From an uncultured Actinomycetota bacterium (GTDB taxonomy: Bacteria > Actinomycetota > Actinomycetes > Propionibacteriales > Propionibacteriaceae): 64,000 bases of DNA. Positions 30,670 through 39,127 of this stretch are shown here, piece by piece. The stretch is taken from positions 66,216 through 130,215 of the forward strand of contig CAVUTQ010000028.1 in NCBI GenBank assembly GCA_963744455.1, given 5' to 3'. A program made the position numbers and the translations under genes. The notes under the pieces are model-generated. The model was not told the origin of the DNA, made no database searches, and saw nothing but the letters and a program-made list of their open reading frames with translations. Each line of letters starts with the position of its first letter. Position 1 is the first letter of the stretch.

Positions 30670-32869
30670 CGAGCCGCTGGGTCGGCCGGGTGAGGGCAAC
30701 ATAAAGGGCTCGGACACCGCCCGGCGACTCGGCCACAATGTCATCAGGAGTGACAACCAGCACGCCGTCGTACTCGAGGCCCTTTGCCTCAAGGGGCGTC
30801 ACGATTGCGACCCGGTCGGTCCCGGCGAGGCGGGCCTGCTCTAGCTGGGCCGCCAGCTCGTCCTTGGTTGACGGCGGGCAGATCACGCCGACAGTACCCT
30901 CCACGTCGGCCAGCAGCGTCCGTACGATCTTGATCATGGCTGTGGCGACCGAGGGATGTTCCGGAACTGCGTCTGCCGGCACCCAGAGCCGCGGCTGATG
31001 ACCGGTTGAGCGGACCGCAGTAGGAAGGTCGGCGTCGGGAAAGTCTGCAACGACGATCTTCGCGGCCAAGTCGAAGACCTCCGATGGGCTGCGATAGTTG
31101 GTGCTCAATCGGAAGTGCCGCACTGGCGCAGTTCCGATGATCTCCTCGATCGCCCGGTCCGCCTCCTGAGTGTCGGTCCAGGAGCTCTGGGCGGGGTCAC
31201 CCACGATGGTCCAGCTGGCGCTGGCGCCACGCCGACGCAGCATGCGCCACTGCATCGGGCTGACATCTTGGGCCTCGTCGATGAGCAGGTGGGCATACGT
31301 GTCGTGCGGCAGCTCGAATGGGTCAACTTCTCGCGGCGCGGGGGAAAGCAGGTCGGCTGTGGTGAAGACCTCCTCCATCTCAGAGTCAAGATCAGGGAGG
31401 CCTGGGAGCTCCTGGGGGTCGGGCGGTGGGAGCGGGCCGAGCAGATGCACCAGCTCATCGAGCAGCGCGCCGTCCGCGGCCGTCCAGTCCGTTGCACCGC
31501 GATAGCTCGCACTGAGCAGCTCGCACTCTTCGTCAGAAAGTACTGACGCCCCAACCCGCTTGATCAGCTCGGCATCGGCGAGCCGGGCGAGCGCTGCTGG
31601 CGCGCTGACTGCCGGCCACCACGCGTTGCAGAACATCTTGAACGAGGCGAGGTCTGAGACGCGGTCCCCGAACTCCTCATGTTCATGATCATGATTTGCG
31701 CTTTCTTCGGACTCGGGATGCCGGACCCGCCACAGCGCGGCGAGCAACTCCCTTTCGGCTGCCTCGCGGCCGCTGTTGAGCTTATGGTGGGCGAGCACGT
31801 GAGAGCGGATGCGGGCCAGCGTGGTCGTCGGCAGCACCAGCACAGTGCCCTCCACCATGATCCGCAGCTCGAGTGGTAATTCCTGCACTGGCTCATGCAC
31901 CAGGCGGCGCAGCAGCTTCACCATGCGCAGGCTGCCCTTGACCGCCGCAACCTGAGGCGGATCGACGCGATCACCGGTCATCCGGACGACGTCGGATGCC
32001 ACGGCACCGATGGAGCGCAGGGTGACCGAATCCTCACCCAGCGAGGGCAGCACGCGGGCGATGTAGTTCATGAAGAGCCGGCTTGGTCCAACCACCAGGA
32101 CACCACCGGACTCGAAGCGGCGCCGGTTGGAGTAGAGCAGGTAGGCGGCGCGATGCAGCGCGACCACAGTCTTTCCGGTCCCCGGTCCGCCGGTGATCAT
32201 GGTGAAACCCTGGTACGGAGCGCGGATCGCCTCATCCTGCTCGGCCTGGATGGTTGAGACGATGTCCCGCATGGTGTGATCACGAGCGCGGGTGAGCGCG
32301 GCAAGCAGCGCGCCTTCGCCGATCACCACCAGCTCCCCGTCCGCGTTCTCGCCGTCGAGGAGATCGTCTTCGATGCCCACCACCCGGTCGCCACGGCACT
32401 GCAGTACCCGGCGCCGGATCACCTGCATGGGGTCGCTCGGGGTGGCTCGGTAGAACGGCTCGGCCGCTGGTGCACGCCAGTCGATGACCAGTGGTTCATA
32501 GTCCGCGTCGCGAACTCCGATACGCCCGACGTAGCGAACTTCGCCGTCGGTGCGGTCCAGCCGGCCAAAGACCAGGCCTTCTTGCTCGGCATCAAGCACA
32601 GCCAGCCGTCGAGCGGCCTGGAAGGCAAAGACGTCGCGCTCGTACAGGCCAGTACCGTCTTCCTCGCGAACGTAGGAGTTGCGGTCGGACTGATAGAGGG
32701 AGCGACCTTCCCGCGCCACCTGCTGGGCGGAGCGGGTCGCCTCGGCGAGCCATGCGTACACCAGATCCACGTGAGCTTGTTCGGCGGCCAGCTCGCGGTC
32801 CAGAGTGTTGGCAGCTGGAGATGCGTCTGTCACGCTGTCGGAACTCGTTTCGCGCTGCGCGTGTGTCAA
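30620..32869 (-). CDS. helD: HelD-family (UvrD-like) RNA polymerase recycling ATPase
   Basis: LVFGRLD, YVGRIG, IDWRAPAA.PFY, MRDIVSTIQAEQD, GGPGTGKT.VALHR, IDEAQD, AKGLEYD. Confidence 0.9.
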   Translation of the reverse strand: MTHAQRETSSDSVTDASPAANTLDRELAAEQAHVDLVYAWLAEATRSAQQVAREGRSLYQSDRNSYVREEDGTGLYERDVFAFQAARRLAVLDAEQEGLVFGRLDRTDGEVRYVGRIGVRDADYEPLVIDWRAPAAEPFYRATPSDPMQVIRRRVLQCRGDRVVGIEDDLLDGENADGELVVIGEGALLAALTRARDHTMRDIVSTIQAEQDEAIRAPYQGFTMITGGPGTGKTVVALHRAAYLLYSNRRRFESGGVLVVGPSRLFMNYIARVLPSLGEDSVTLRSIGAVASDVVRMTGDRVDPPQVAAVKGSLRMVKLLRRLVHEPVQELPLELRIMVEGTVLVLPTTTLARIRSHVLAHHKLNSGREAAERELLAALWRVRHPESEESANHDHEHEEFGDRVSDLASFKMFCNAWWPAVSAPAALARLADAELIKRVGASVLSDEECELLSASYRGATDWTAADGALLDELVHLLGPLPPPDPQELPGLPDLDSEMEEVFTTADLLSPAPREVDPFELPHDTYAHLLIDEAQDVSPMQWRMLRRRGASASWTIVGDPAQSSWTDTQEADRAIEEIIGTAPVRHFRLSTNYRSPSEVFDLAAKIVVADFPDADLPTAVRSTGHQPRLWVPADAVPEHPSVATAMIKIVRTLLADVEGTVGVICPPSTKDELAAQLEQARLAGTDRVAIVTPLEAKGLEYDGVLVVTPDDIVAESPGGVRALYVALTRPTQRLVTLDAAPDASWRKSLG

Positions 32870-32943
32870 GGAGGATGGTCCTTACCCGGAAGAACAAACA
32901 TCTGAGTATACGGAAGTTGTCTGGGTCCCCAAAGTCTCCGCGA

Positions 32944-34239
32944 TCAGGCCTCGGCCCTGAGATGTTCGTGGCAGCCGTAGGCTGCCAGGGCCGCAGACAG
33001 CACAACCTCAGATGCTCCGGGACCTGCTGGAGATGAGGGACTTGCGGTGTAAAGGCCCGGGATATCGGTCGTCACCGGGGGGCGGCGCAGCCAGCTTGCA
33101 AAGCCCGTCCACGTTACTCCGTACCCGGCTTGGGGGAGCGTCGCGTTGAAATCATGGGTTGTGCGCAGCCCGCCGTGCGCCACTCGGCGCAGGTAGCTGA
33201 CGGTCGGTACACCGGCCGCACTGAAGGTGACCGTCTCATGGAGCAGGGCAGCGGGTGCCGGTGCTGCAACGTGAGCGATGGTCGGAGCTGCGGCCGGGCC
33301 GAGGCTGCGCAAGTGGCGTCGCGTGCGCCGGGCCGCGGTGATCGGGAGCAGGTCGTTGAAGGTCTGCCACGGGTCGCAGGTAGCGATGACTGCTGCGGCG
33401 GGGCGGTCTCCATCGCTGCTCGTAACTGCGATGACGTGGCCGTTGCGAAGGTGGATACTCTCGATCGGGCAGCCGAGGTGGACGCGTACTTTGCGCAGCT
33501 CGAGACGGGCCGCAAGGGTCTCGACCAGGACCGAGGAGCGGCCGCCATCGAGTCCGGAGCTGGTGTCGAGCGGTACCACCTGCCAGCGCCCGAAGGTGCG
33601 CTGCATGGACAGCTCCACTGCCGCGAAGGCCGGAGTCTGCTCGGGTATCGAGCCTGAACGGTAGGCAATGCTGCGCATCAAAGCGCCGAGATGATCATGA
33701 TCGATGGAGGTTGCGAGGTCCGCCAGCGTCGTGCGGTGGCCGAACAGGCTCCGCCTTGCGGTCTTGTTCAGCTGGCGACGGCTGCGCAGCTCCGCCTCGA
33801 ACCCGAGTCCACGTAGGGTTTGCCACACGAGGTCGAGCCGGTCGAGCAGAACCCCCCACCGCTTCGCGACCGAGCTGCCGTACGCGGCAGCCAGAGTGGC
33901 GTACTGACCGCCGCGGTCGGTCGGCAGCGTCAGCTCGGTACCGTCAGCGAAGATCATTTTCGCTGGCTCGGCAGGTTCCAGGGCGTAGCCCATCCTGGCC
34001 AACTCCGCTTCCAGCGGGCGGCCGCTCTTGCGGAACAGGTCACGCCATGGTGCCGGGAAACCGATGATCGCTGGCGCATCATCCACCGTGACACCGCTCG
34101 CGAGCCGGTACGGCGCCCACGTGCCCCCCAGCGTCTCGGAGCGCTCATAGAGCTCAACCGGATGCCCGGCCTTGGCGAGGCGAGCCGCAGCAGCCAGGCC
34201 AGCCAGCCCGCCACCTATCACGACCACGAGATCGGACAT
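32944..34239 (-). CDS. Phytoene desaturase-like FAD-dependent oxidoreductase
   Basis: VVIGGGLAGLAAAARLAKAGH..LYE...LGG and PAPWRDLFRKSGRPL. Confidence 0.8.
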   Translation of the reverse strand: MSDLVVVIGGGLAGLAAAARLAKAGHPVELYERSETLGGTWAPYRLASGVTVDDAPAIIGFPAPWRDLFRKSGRPLEAELARMGYALEPAEPAKMIFADGTELTLPTDRGGQYATLAAAYGSSVAKRWGVLLDRLDLVWQTLRGLGFEAELRSRRQLNKTARRSLFGHRTTLADLATSIDHDHLGALMRSIAYRSGSIPEQTPAFAAVELSMQRTFGRWQVVPLDTSSGLDGGRSSVLVETLAARLELRKVRVHLGCPIESIHLRNGHVIAVTSSDGDRPAAAVIATCDPWQTFNDLLPITAARRTRRHLRSLGPAAAPTIAHVAAPAPAALLHETVTFSAAGVPTVSYLRRVAHGGLRTTHDFNATLPQAGYGVTWTGFASWLRRPPVTTDIPGLYTASPSSPAGPGASEVVLSAALAAYGCHEHLRAEA

Positions 34240-34305
34240 CAGCTATGCGCAAGCGAGCAGCAGTTCCATGGGAGGAGCGTAGGGGTGGGTGGGGAGCCAT
34301 CCTTT

Positions 34306-34421
34306 GGGTGCTCGCGCATCGCGCTCTGACCCCGCCTACTTCGTCGTCGCTCGCAGACGATGAAGCGTGTCTGCTCGCTCCTCCTTAGCACGGCGGCGCG
34401 CGATTGCCGACGCTCGCAGCC
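34306..34421 (-). repeat. Structured intergenic repeat family, copy C
   Basis: gctcgcgcatcgcgct..ccgcc..tcgtcgtc.ctcgcagac..gtctgctcgctcctcct..ggcgg.gcgcgattgccgacgctcgc. Confidence 0.85.
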
Positions 34422-34434
34422 GTACGCTGACCCC

Positions 34435-35169
34435 ATGCCAGATCTCGAACCTGTCGATGAGTCGTGGACCACTGCGCTTTGTGTCGTGGCGCATCCAGAT
34501 GATCTTGAGTTCGGCGCCGCCGCGGCCATAGCCCGCTGGACGGATCAGGGGAAGACAGTGGTGTACGCCATGGTGACCAGCGGCGAGGCCGGCATTGACG
34601 GAATGGAGCCGACTGAGGCCCGGAGGGTGCGCGAGGCCGAGCAGCTCGAGTCGGCACGGATTGTCGGTGTCGAGACTGTGGACTTCCTCGGCCTGCCCGA
34701 TGGGGTGCTGGAGTATGGGGTCGGGCTGCGTCGAGCGATATGTGGGAGCGTACGCCGGCATCGACCGGAGATCGTGATCACCAACAACTTTCGCGATACC
34801 TGGGGTGGTCAGACCCTCAACCAGGCCGACCACATCGCTACCGGGCGGGCGACCTTGGACGCCGTACGAGATGCCGGGAACCGCTGGGTGTTTCGCGAGC
34901 AGATCGACGATGGGCTGCAGCGCTGGGGCGGCGTGAGGGAGGTCTGGGCTGCGTCTTCTCCGGACGGACAGCATGGGGTGGATACCACCGGGACCTTCCA
35001 ACGCGGAGTCGCGTCGCTGGCGGCGCACAAGGCCTACATCGACGGGCTGGGATGGGAGTCCTTCGATCCCGAGGAATTCCTGGAGAGCGGAGCCCGGCAG
35101 GCCGGAACCCGATTGGGAGTCCCGATGGCGACGACGTTCGAGGTCTTCAGCATGGGCTGGGCGACATAG
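34435..35169 (+). CDS. PIG-L/LmbE family deacetylase
   Basis: VVAHPDDLEFG, TSGEAG, REAEQ, QADH; leaderless -10 TACGCT. Confidence 0.92.
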   Translation: MPDLEPVDESWTTALCVVAHPDDLEFGAAAAIARWTDQGKTVVYAMVTSGEAGIDGMEPTEARRVREAEQLESARIVGVETVDFLGLPDGVLEYGVGLRRAICGSVRRHRPEIVITNNFRDTWGGQTLNQADHIATGRATLDAVRDAGNRWVFREQIDDGLQRWGGVREVWAASSPDGQHGVDTTGTFQRGVASLAAHKAYIDGLGWESFDPEEFLESGARQAGTRLGVPMATTFEVFSMGWAT

Positions 35170-35352
35170 GTCAAGATCGCGTCATAGTCGCGTTGGCTCT
35201 GCCGTTTCGGCACGAGGCCACGAATGTTGCCAAGGATCGCATGTACGCAGTCCAAGTGGTCCGGCATCATGGCAATCCGGTCACTCGCAATATCAAAATG
35301 GGCCAGATCGCGCGCTGGAAGTGACCGGTTGCCTCGGAGCGAGGAGTCGCGG

Positions 35353-36210
35353 TCACCGTGAGGCGAGCCGGTAACCCAACTGGATGAACCAGTCGAAGCC
35401 TCGGTCAGGCAGGATCCGCTCAGCCAGCAAGATGGCCCGAGCTCCGCCCCCAGCCGGGTATCGGGTACGGGGTTTGGGACTCTGGACCGCTTGAGCAATG
35501 ACCTCGGCGACCACCTCAGGCCCGGCTGCGATCGGCATGCGGTCAACTGATCGGAGCCCTGCTCCCACAAGCTTGGCCTGCCGGGCATACGGAGTGTTCG
35601 CGGAAGTCGCTTCCAGTTGGTCGGCTGCAATCCCCGCCCACTCGCTCCGGATGGTGCCCGGCTCGATGATCACGACCTTGATGCCGAACTCTGCCACTTC
35701 GACACGCAGGCTGTCACTCAGCCCCTCGACAGCGAACTTGCTGGCGTGGTACCAGCTGCCAAGCGGCTCCCAGATCTTGCCGCCCATCGAGGAGATGTTC
35801 ACGATGTACCCGTCGCGTTGTGCTCGCATCTGGGGCAGCACAAGCTGGGTGAGCCGCGCCAAGCCGAAAACGTTCACCTCAAACTGACGCCGGGCTTCCT
35901 CGATCGACACGTCCTCCAATGCGCCGTACAACCCGTATCCGGCGTTGTTGACCAGCACATCGATGCGTCCGGTGTCGGCAATGATCGTCTCGACCAGCGC
36001 CACCATGGACCCGTCGTCGGTGACATCGACCGGTCTGGTGCGGATACCGCGATCGGCGAGATCCGCCATCCGATCGACGCGCCTGGCCCCGGCATAGACG
36101 GTGTAGCCGAGCTCGGCAAGTTGTAGCGCGGTCGCCTCACCGATGCCCGACGACGCTCCGGTCACCAGCGCGGTCTTGCCGGAGTTGTCGGTCAAGCGGT
36201 TGTCGGTCAT
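35353..36210 (-). CDS. Short-chain dehydrogenase/reductase
   Basis: TGASSGIG, VNNAGYG, NISS, YHASK; -10 TATGAT 7 nt upstream. Confidence 0.93.
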   Translation of the reverse strand: MTDNRLTDNSGKTALVTGASSGIGEATALQLAELGYTVYAGARRVDRMADLADRGIRTRPVDVTDDGSMVALVETIIADTGRIDVLVNNAGYGLYGALEDVSIEEARRQFEVNVFGLARLTQLVLPQMRAQRDGYIVNISSMGGKIWEPLGSWYHASKFAVEGLSDSLRVEVAEFGIKVVIIEPGTIRSEWAGIAADQLEATSANTPYARQAKLVGAGLRSVDRMPIAAGPEVVAEVIAQAVQSPKPRTRYPAGGGARAILLAERILPDRGFDWFIQLGYRLASR

Positions 36211-36239
36211 GGGCTGGATCATAGGGCTGGTCTTTTTGT

Positions 36240-36357
36240 GTCCTGCTCGCGCATCGCGCTTTGAATCCGCCGCCGTCGTCGTCCCTCGCAGAGGGAAGTA
36301 CGCCTCTGCTCGCTCCTCCTCCGTGCGGCGGAGCGCGATTCCCGACGCTTGCAGGAC
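36240..36357 (-). repeat. Structured intergenic repeat family, copy D
   Basis: gtcctgctcgcgcatcgcgct..tccgccgc.gtcgtcgtc.ctcgcagagg..cctctgctcgctcctcctc..gcggcgga gcgcgattcccgacgcttgcaggac. Confidence 0.85.
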
Positions 36358-36487
36358 GTACCGAGTCTGTGCCAACGAGCCCGGCACTTCTGGCGGCGCA
36401 CCGACGAGTCATCAAGAGGTTTGTGCGTCCCGCGTCGTACATTCGCTTGACGAACTGTCGGTCCCGAGGTGTAACTTAAGTCTGTGT

Positions 36488-36503
36488 TCGAACAGGCGTT
36501 CTA
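36488..36503. promoter_or_regulatory. LexA SOS box
   Basis: TCGAACAGGCGTTCTA; one mismatch to the actinobacterial consensus TCGAAC-N4-GTTCGA. Confidence 0.75.
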
Positions 36504-36620
36504 AAACTTGGCTTTTGGGTGATCAGCCACAGCGAACGCCTGGCCGATGCAGTGCGTGTTCGCGGCACGTACTCCGGGCTTGCCTTGATGCAGATGGATC
36601 TCGACCCCCATCTGCATCGA

Positions 36621-36715
36621 GGCTGCCAACCCGTGGATCGCGCTGTGCTGAGGAGGAGGGAGCAGACAGCATCATCGTCGCGAGCGACGCGAGTAGCGCA
36701 GCAATCCAGGCAGCC
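36621..36715 (+). repeat. Structured intergenic repeat family, copy E (inverted), inside a long leader hairpin
   Basis: gtgctgaggaggagggagcagacagcatcatcgtcgcgagcgacgcgagtag is a near match to the reverse complement of copy C. Confidence 0.75.
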
Positions 36716-36752
36716 CGGGGTCGAGGTCTCCCGTCCGAATCGACAAGAGGAC

Positions 36753-37160
36753 ATGATGTCCTGCAACGACGACTTACAGCGCGCGCGCAGCTCCCTTGCC
36801 GAAGCCGAGCTGTCGCGACGTCCGAGCGACCGATACCTGGCGGCCCATCTTGCCGCACTGCGCGTCGTGGCGATCGTCCTGACGCATCGGGCACCACCTG
36901 GTGCGGGCCGGCTGGATGGCCGTCCCCGCAATGCCTGGCGGATGCTGGCCGAGGTCGCCCCCGAGCTCGCTGAGTGGGCGGCGTTCTTCGCAGCCACCGA
37001 GAGCAAGCGGGATGCCATTCGCGCCGGCGCGACCACCATCGTCAGCGCACGCGAGGCCGACGACCTGGTGAGGGATGCGACCGCCTTCTTACGTCTGGTC
37101 GAGCGAGCCATCGGATTCAGTGCAGTGCGCGAGCGCCCAATCGACGTGGCGTCGCGCTAA
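36753..37160 (+). CDS. SAV_6107-like HEPN domain protein
   Basis: RYLAAHLAALR...RPRNAWRMLAEVAPELAEWAAFFAA...R..IRAG....VSAREADDLVRDA..FL. Confidence 0.85.
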   Translation: MMSCNDDLQRARSSLAEAELSRRPSDRYLAAHLAALRVVAIVLTHRAPPGAGRLDGRPRNAWRMLAEVAPELAEWAAFFAATESKRDAIRAGATTIVSAREADDLVRDATAFLRLVERAIGFSAVRERPIDVASR

Positions 37161-37187
37161 TTCAGCAGCGAAAGCGCTAGTCTTGTA

Positions 37188-37203
37188 TCGAACACATGTT
37201 CGA
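37188..37203. promoter_or_regulatory. LexA SOS box (consensus match)
   Basis: TCGAACACATGTTCGA directly before the RBS AGGAGG of dinB. Confidence 0.92.
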
Positions 37204-37215
37204 TAGGAGGGCCAA

Positions 37216-38383
37216 ATGTCGTCTCGTATTGTGATGCACGTCGACATGGATGCCTTCTACGCCTCCGTCGAGCTGCGTCGGCGCCCGGAGCTGCAGGGGA
37301 CGCGCCGTCATCGTTGGTGGCTCTCCTCGTGGAGTTGTGTTGTCGGCGACGTACGAGGCGAGAGCGCGCGGCGTACGGTCCGGGATGTCGTCGACCGAGG
37401 CGAGGCGTCTGGCACCGCGGGCCACCTTCCTGGCTCCGGACTTCGACAGCTACAGCGCGGTGTCCAAAGCGATCGTGGCAGTCTTCCGGTCGGTGACCTC
37501 TGTTGTTGAGTCGGCGTCGATCGACGAAGCCTTCTTGGACCTGACCGGTGCCGTACGGATGTTCGGAAGTCCGGTACAGATCGGAGAGTACGTGCGCGCG
37601 GTCGTGGCTGACGAACAGCAGATCACCTGTTCGGTCGGTATCGGGCCAACCAAGTTCGTCGCCAAAGTTGCCTCCAGGGCAGCTAAGCCGGATGGGCTGA
37701 TCGAGGTGCGGCCGGAGCGAGTCGCGGGATTTCTGCACCCGCTACCGGTCGAAGCGATGTGGGGAGTCGGCAACGCGACCGCACAGAAGCTGCATCGACT
37801 CGGCATCTTCACCATCGGCGACCTCGCACACACGCCGAGGGGCAGCTTGCGACCGATTTTTGGCCCGCACGCAGGCGGCATGCTCGGCGAGCTGGCGTGG
37901 GGAAGGGACCGTCGTCGCGTCACCCCCCTGGAGCCGGAGCACAGCGTCGGCTCGCAAGAGACGTTCCGGCGGGACACCGACGATCCAGACACCGTGCGCC
38001 GCGAGCTACTCAGGATGGCGGACCGCACCGCACACCGGATGCGGAAGCAGCAAATGGTGGGCCGCACGATCAGCATCTCGGTGCGGTTCGCCGACTTCAC
38101 AGAACTGACCCGCTCCGCCACCCTTGCGACACCTACCGACGTCACCGTCGAGATCTACGCGCAGGCGCTGGAACTCTATGAGCGGCTCGGCGTGGAGCGG
38201 GCACGGATCCGGCGTGTCGGAGTTCGGGTCGAACAGCTCGTGGACCGGCATCGGATCTACCGGCAACCACAGCTGACGGACCCAGAGCGAGGTTGGCCAG
38301 AAGCTGATCTTGCTATCGATGCGGCGGTCGGAAAGTTCGGGCCCACAGCAGTTCAGAGAGCCGTGCTGACCAGCCGTAGCTAA
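37216..38383 (+). CDS. dinB: DNA polymerase IV with one apparent frameshift in the GGGG run at ~37297-37300
   Basis: MHVDMDAFYASVE, then VIVGG..RGVVLSATYEAR, SIDEAFLD, KPDG, WGVG. Confidence 0.92.
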
Positions 38384-38401
38384 TGTCTCAGCCATGCTGA
38401 C

Positions 38402-38431
38402 AACCCGGCCGAGTCAGTGGCCGGTCGGGTT
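38402..38431 (+). terminator. Hairpin downstream of dinB
   Basis: aacccggccg / cggtcgggtt stem, 19 nt after the stop. Confidence 0.4.
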
Positions 38432-38623
38432 TCCCATACTCACCGCCGCAACCTAAACTAGAGCCACATCGCCCAGCCAAGGACGAGGCCCAATGCCGTC
38501 GATAACTGTGCACAGGTCACACATCAGTGGGTATTCGGTATCCGAATGGATCGAATCTCCTCCTTCCGTGTGAGAGGCGTATCATGACGGCACGCGTACG
38601 ACGAGACCCTTGGGAGGTGGCTA

Positions 38624-39019
38624 GTGGCCCTCTCAGATGAGGAGCAGCGGCTTCTCGAGCAGATGGAAGCCGCCCTCGCGGCTGAAGATCCCAAGCTGGT
38701 CAACGCTCTTCGCGGGACCAGCACCCGGCGGGTTCATCGGCGGCGTGCTGCGCTTGCAGGCGTGGGATTCTTTGCAGGCCTTGGGCTCCTCATTGCAGGC
38801 ATCTCGATCACCCCTTTTCTTAGCGTGCTCGGCTTTGTGATCATGGTCGCTGCCGCGGTGACCGCCATCTACTCCTGGCAACACGTCGGTGGAAACGCCG
38901 ATGCTGGTAATGGTCGGGATCGAGCGAAGACCTCTCAGGGATCGCGCACCCATGACGGGCAGGGCTTCATGGACAAGATGGAAGAGCGCTGGCGTCGTCG
39001 GCGCGACGAGGGTTTATGA
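38624..39019 (+). CDS. DUF3040 membrane protein
   Basis: MALSDEEQRLLEQMEAALAAEDPKL, two TM segments, FMDKMEERWRRR. Confidence 0.92.
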   Translation: MALSDEEQRLLEQMEAALAAEDPKLVNALRGTSTRRVHRRRAALAGVGFFAGLGLLIAGISITPFLSVLGFVIMVAAAVTAIYSWQHVGGNADAGNGRDRAKTSQGSRTHDGQGFMDKMEERWRRRRDEGL

Positions 39020-39028
39020 GTCGCCACC

Positions 39029-39059
39029 GCGGCGACGGGGGTCGATAGATCGTCGCCGC
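39029..39059. terminator. GC-rich hairpin between convergent genes
   Basis: gcggcgacg ... cgtcgccgc. Confidence 0.5.
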
Positions 39060-39127
39060 CGCGACGAGCGCGTGTGATCCCCTGCAAGATCGATAACGCG
39101 TGTGTCGGCTAACTACGACTGATCAGG

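Noticed and set aside
32870-32943. HelD as the rifamycin-resistance protein HelR
   Set aside because: No rifamycin-associated-element palindrome is seen upstream; treated as an ordinary HelD-family gene.
35200-35310. Minus-strand peptide HFDIASDRIAMMPDHLDCVHAIL resembling the MPDHxH HUH motif of RAYT/IS200 transposases, lying between repeat copies C and D
   Set aside because: The second His is not in place, no other transposase motifs are visible, and the free interval is under 200 bp; probably chance. A tBLASTn or HMM search would settle it.
34306-36715. Repeat copies as CRISPR repeats or integron attC sites
   Set aside because: No regular repeat-spacer period, no cas or integrase gene, and no RYYYAAC/GTTRRRY ends.
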